A DNA stretch of 18,984 nucleotides, from positions 1 to 18,984 of the forward strand of contig JAZDJU010000092.1 in assembly GCA_043803685.1 (NCBI GenBank). Reading direction: 5' to 3'. How positions within the stretch are numbered: position 1 is the first letter of the stretch; each line of letters begins with the position of its first letter. A program made the position numbers and the translations under genes. The stretch is from Candidatus Omnitrophota bacterium (lineage in GTDB: Bacteria; Omnitrophota; Omnitrophia; Omnitrophales; Aquincolibacteriaceae). Shown here one piece after another: positions 15,537-18,984 of the stretch. Below the pieces are notes generated by a model that saw only the letters and a list, made by a program, of their open reading frames with translations, was not told the origin of the DNA and did no database searches.

Positions 15537-17713
15537 GTCTTTCCATTCGCGAGAGCGCTCGAGGAGGCTTCATCATGAAACTTCTCGGCAGTTAAAAGTT
15601 TTTCGGTTTTCTTGATTTCGGGATCCGCGTGGAACCGTTCACGAAGGGCGCCAGGATTCAGGTAATTATTGATCGCAAGCAGGATCATGCCCTGGTCAAG
15701 CGCCAGATACTTGCGCGCGACCTTTCCGGACTCCACAGTTACAGAATCGTAAAAGCCGTACTCACCGTAGATGTCATAGAGTTCGATCAATTTCCGGAGA
15801 TTGGCGACCACTTGCTCCGGCGCATATTCCAAAGCCAAAGCGCTCGCGTGCGGCGTCACAACGCCGGATTTATACCCCTTCACCCCCATCGCCTTCACAC
15901 CGTACTCCGAATAACCGCCTTCCGGCACCGAACAAGGACTCATACCCCAAACCGGCATCTTGAGCTCTTCAAGCGCGTAGCGGATCTGGCCCTGGACATG
16001 GACGGCGTTGTTCTTCCCAAGTCCCTCAGGCGCGAGCTCTTTCTCCTTAAGAACGATCGCCGGCATGAGAGCCTCGAACGCTGACCCACCCCAACTGGGA
16101 ACATAGCTAAGACCGTTCCACTCATAATGCCCACCGATATATTTGTATCCTTCTAAAGTTGTTTCAGTACGATCCTTGGGAGCCTGCGACTGCCAGGCAT
16201 AGGAAGCCGGAAAAGTGCGAACCATCCCTTCGAACCAATGAGCCTCCGGCACATCTCCGCGAGCAACGGCAATGTAACTTGCCGCACGAGGTTCCGTGTA
16301 AAAAACGCCATAATGATAGTCCGAGTAGACATTCAAGTTGTCATAAAAACCATGGAACATTTGTTTCACTAAGGGATCGTAAAAAAACTTGAAATTCCCG
16401 CGTTGCAAAAGCCTCGTCGCCTGGGTCGCCACCTCCTCCGGAAAAGCGTTTTTCACGACATAAAGCCCGAGCATCAGCCATCCACTGTCCACGAAGGAAA
16501 CAAAATAGCTCGTCCGTTCCAGCGTGGTCGTGTCGTAATAATTGTAAGGAAAACCGCTTGAGTGATACTCGAGCTTTTCGACTGTTGACAGCGTTTTTTG
16601 GATTCTTTGAATGGCATCATCCCGCGGGATAAACCCCAGATCATAAGCGCTGACGATCGCCATGAGGTAGACGCCGACATTGGTGACGCTCGTGTAATCC
16701 CCGACCCATGTCGTCGCTTCCAGCGGCTCTTTTTCTCCAAAAAGAACGGTGTCGAGTGGGAGCCCATGCTCCGCGTCCAGAATCTTGTCAAAAAATTCCC
16801 AGGTGTCCCTGGCAACTTCCTTCAAAAAAGCCTTGTCGTCTTTTGGAAATTCTTTCCGAACGCTTAAGATCTTTGGAAATCCGCGAAGACGGCTCACGAG
16901 CAACTTCTCAAATTCTAAGGGCTCCAGCTTCTGCGAGGTCTTTTCGATCTTCCGAGGAGGAAAATCCACAGCGCTCGGCCCGGGTTCTCCGGTCCGCACG
17001 AAACGGATATTATCGAGATAGATCTTGCCTTGTTTTTTTGTGACAAATCCATCACTGAAGATGATCACAAGCTCATCCAAAGGCTTATAGCTCGAGCGCG
17101 GCGCTTTCCAGGCCTCAGGACTTGAGAAATCGATCAGTCCCGTCATCGCGTTCAAGGGAATGCTCACGGTCTTCCACTCGCCCGTCACCGGAACGATCGC
17201 CGAACCGCTGACTTTTTCGATGCACTGAGGATCCAGGCATTTTTTCATCTCGAGCCGGAATCGCTCAGTGAATCCGGCCTTGGAATCTCCTTTGATCTCA
17301 AACTCCAGATGATCGTAAGAACTCGCGTCAAAACCGGCCAACTTTGTCCAAAACCCATTCTGAGCCGGAAGATCAGAGTCAACGCTATAGTCGAGACTCA
17401 GGACTTTACTCACCTTACCGTCTTTTCCCTCCAGAGTCAGCACCCGGGGGTCGGTATACGAATTATTGATGTCCGCAAGATTCATGTTCCAATCGCCACT
17501 CTCGGCCCCGAGATTGTTCATGATCTTAACGCCTTCCACCTCAAAATCCGCGAGCATGACGACCTTGGAGCTGTCGGTCCCGAAAGCAGACGGCGTTTTC
17601 TCCGGAACCGCGGCCGGCGCCTGAACTCTAGCCGTCTGTTCTGAAAATCCCTGAGAACAGCCCGCCTGAAGAAGCACAAGCCCTAGCGACAGATACCACG
17701 CGATCTCTTTCAT
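15533..17713 (-). CDS. Lipoprotein: N-terminal CBM11-like domain plus DUF3131/glycoamylase-type (beta-1,2-glucan-active GH144/GH189-like) domain
   Basis: Lipobox LQAG-C19; DTWEFF, YTSVTNVG, SFVDSGWL, TEPRAASY, SWGGSAFEALMP, WGMS, VVTPHAS, YGEYGFYDSV, YLALDQGM. Confidence 0.82.
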   Translation of the reverse strand: MKEIAWYLSLGLVLLQAGCSQGFSEQTARVQAPAAVPEKTPSAFGTDSSKVVMLADFEVEGVKIMNNLGAESGDWNMNLADINNSYTDPRVLTLEGKDGKVSKVLSLDYSVDSDLPAQNGFWTKLAGFDASSYDHLEFEIKGDSKAGFTERFRLEMKKCLDPQCIEKVSGSAIVPVTGEWKTVSIPLNAMTGLIDFSSPEAWKAPRSSYKPLDELVIIFSDGFVTKKQGKIYLDNIRFVRTGEPGPSAVDFPPRKIEKTSQKLEPLEFEKLLVSRLRGFPKILSVRKEFPKDDKAFLKEVARDTWEFFDKILDAEHGLPLDTVLFGEKEPLEATTWVGDYTSVTNVGVYLMAIVSAYDLGFIPRDDAIQRIQKTLSTVEKLEYHSSGFPYNYYDTTTLERTSYFVSFVDSGWLMLGLYVVKNAFPEEVATQATRLLQRGNFKFFYDPLVKQMFHGFYDNLNVYSDYHYGVFYTEPRAASYIAVARGDVPEAHWFEGMVRTFPASYAWQSQAPKDRTETTLEGYKYIGGHYEWNGLSYVPSWGGSAFEALMPAIVLKEKELAPEGLGKNNAVHVQGQIRYALEELKMPVWGMSPCSVPEGGYSEYGVKAMGVKGYKSGVVTPHASALALEYAPEQVVANLRKLIELYDIYGEYGFYDSVTVESGKVARKYLALDQGMILLAINNYLNPGALRERFHADPEIKKTEKLLTAEKFHDEASSSALANGKT

Positions 17714-18741
17714 AGATAGCCCTTAAGTTTTTTCCAAGTGGCCGGCCCCACCGATCCCGTCACTGGAAGCCCGCTGGATTTTTGAAAATTTCGAACCGCA
17801 GCCCGGGTCCTCTTGCCAAAGAAACCGGTCGGTTTCCCTTTGAAATATTTTGCATTCCGCAACGCTTTTTGGATCTTTATGACTTCTTTGCGAGTCGGCA
17901 TAGCCGGAGCCGAAACGATCGCTTTAGGCGACTTTCCGGTAGGAACCGAAGCAACCCTCCGCAGATCGGTCCAGAGATACTGCCGCCGCGAACTTCCCAT
18001 CAATCCGACAAAGATCACCTTGCCGTTCGCCTGGACACGACCGGCAAAACAATGACGCGCCGACCTAGTCCATCCTGTCTTACCGATCACGCCGCTCGTC
18101 CGCCAGAGCATCTTGTTGCAGTTATTCAAAGGAATCCTGCGGCCACCACGACTGTAGATGACGGCACCTCTGACTTTCAAGGTGTTCACAATAAACGGAT
18201 ATTTCGAGGCCGCCATCATGATCCGCGCAAGATCATAGGCCGTGGAATACTGCCCCGAGGCAGGAAGACCCGAAGCATTCACAAAATGGGAATTACCGCC
18301 CCCAATATTTTGGATTTTCCGGTTCATGAGCTTGGCAAACGCGGGACGCGAGCCCGCCGTCAAGATCGCGAGAGCTTCCGCGGCATCATTCGCGGACTTG
18401 ATCAGCGCCGCTTTCACAAGATCCCGCACATAGTAGCGCTCGCCTGCATACAAACCGATCTTGGAAGGCTGGATATGCGACAACCCCGGCGGAATCTGAA
18501 CGATCGTGTCTGGCGAAAGATGATCCAGAGCCACCATCACCGTCAAAAGTTTAGTGGTACTGGCCGGCGCGCGCTTGGCGTGAGGCGCCCGGGCATAGAG
18601 GATCTGCTGAGTACGGCCATCAAGGAGTACCGCAGAAGGAGCAAGCAACGCTATCGTCCCCGCTTCCGCAGTTCGAGGCGGGGCGATCAGGAACCCTGCG
18701 ATGAGACTCACGATCAATCCGCAGTGGATCACTTTTCTCAT
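17710..18741 (-). CDS. Peptidase S11 D-alanyl-D-alanine carboxypeptidase/endopeptidase with C-terminal peptidoglycan-binding domain (probable start 18741; ORF track 18810)
   Basis: SxxK (PASTTK), SxN (SAN), KTG motifs; C-terminal IQKAL...G.FG..T..AV..FQ...GL.VTG.VGPATW; signal peptide from MRKVIH to AEA. Confidence 0.9.
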   Translation of the reverse strand: MRKVIHCGLIVSLIAGFLIAPPRTAEAGTIALLAPSAVLLDGRTQQILYARAPHAKRAPASTTKLLTVMVALDHLSPDTIVQIPPGLSHIQPSKIGLYAGERYYVRDLVKAALIKSANDAAEALAILTAGSRPAFAKLMNRKIQNIGGGNSHFVNASGLPASGQYSTAYDLARIMMAASKYPFIVNTLKVRGAVIYSRGGRRIPLNNCNKMLWRTSGVIGKTGWTRSARHCFAGRVQANGKVIFVGLMGSSRRQYLWTDLRRVASVPTGKSPKAIVSAPAMPTRKEVIKIQKALRNAKYFKGKPTGFFGKRTRAAVRNFQKSSGLPVTGSVGPATWKKLKGYL

Positions 18742-18827
18742 GCAGACCCGCGGGACTTTGTTTTTCAACACTTTTTGCCCCGCAGAATGAAGGTGCATCC
18801 AAATCACCATGAGTTATTGGGATATAA

Positions 18828-18840
18828 AGACCTGCGCGGT
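18828..18840 (-). repeat. 13-bp direct repeat of the tRNA-Val(GAC) 3' end and flank
   Basis: agacctgcgcggt at 18828-18840 and 18912-18924. Confidence 0.7.
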
Positions 18841-18916
18841 CCCAATACTTATCAATTTTCACGATGTGGAAATTGGGGCTGCACAGGTCAACCATTTAAG
18901 AAATAAATATGAGACC

Positions 18917-18984
18917 TGCGCGGTAGAGGACTCGAACCTCTGACCTCTTCCATGTCAAGGAAGCGTTCTAACCAACTGAACTAA
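18917..18984 (-). tRNA. tRNA-Val(GAC), 5' end cut by window edge, CCA not encoded
   Basis: ...TTAGTTCAGTTGGTTAGAACG, anticodon arm CTTCC-TTGACAT-GGAAG, GGTTCGAGT, ACCGCGC-A. Confidence 0.93.

Overview
Bacterial chromosomal segment with essentially all real genes on the minus strand. Left part: translation cluster tRNA-Val(TAC), tRNA-Asp(GTC), thrS-infC-rpmI-rplT-pheS-pheT (pheT runs off the left edge). Middle: two exported TPR proteins, a short DnaJ-class chaperone and a LOG-family protein lying downstream of smpB-ssrA (tmRNA), plus a small Cys-rich protein and tRNA-Leu(CAG). Right part: tRNA-Val(GAC, partial), a translationally coupled envelope operon (S11 DD-peptidase with PG-binding domain, a lipoprotein with a carbohydrate-binding-like domain plus a beta-1,2-glucan-enzyme-like domain, pgeF/yfiH), efp, tRNA-Val(CAC), and a membrane-anchored FecR-like protein sharing the same carbohydrate-binding-like domain. 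Gene style suggests a PVC-group organism such as Omnitrophota (inference only). Most notable: the shared CBM-like domain linking a FecR-like protein and the glucan enzyme; duplicated tRNA-Val 3' ends, one completing a degenerate 72-nt tRNA-like cloverleaf; a 26-codon tmRNA tag; EF-P with Asn at the usual modification site; PheT lacking the B2 domain; and structured intergenic leaders in the thrS-infC-rpmI-rplT operon. No integrase, transposase or CRISPR array is visible.
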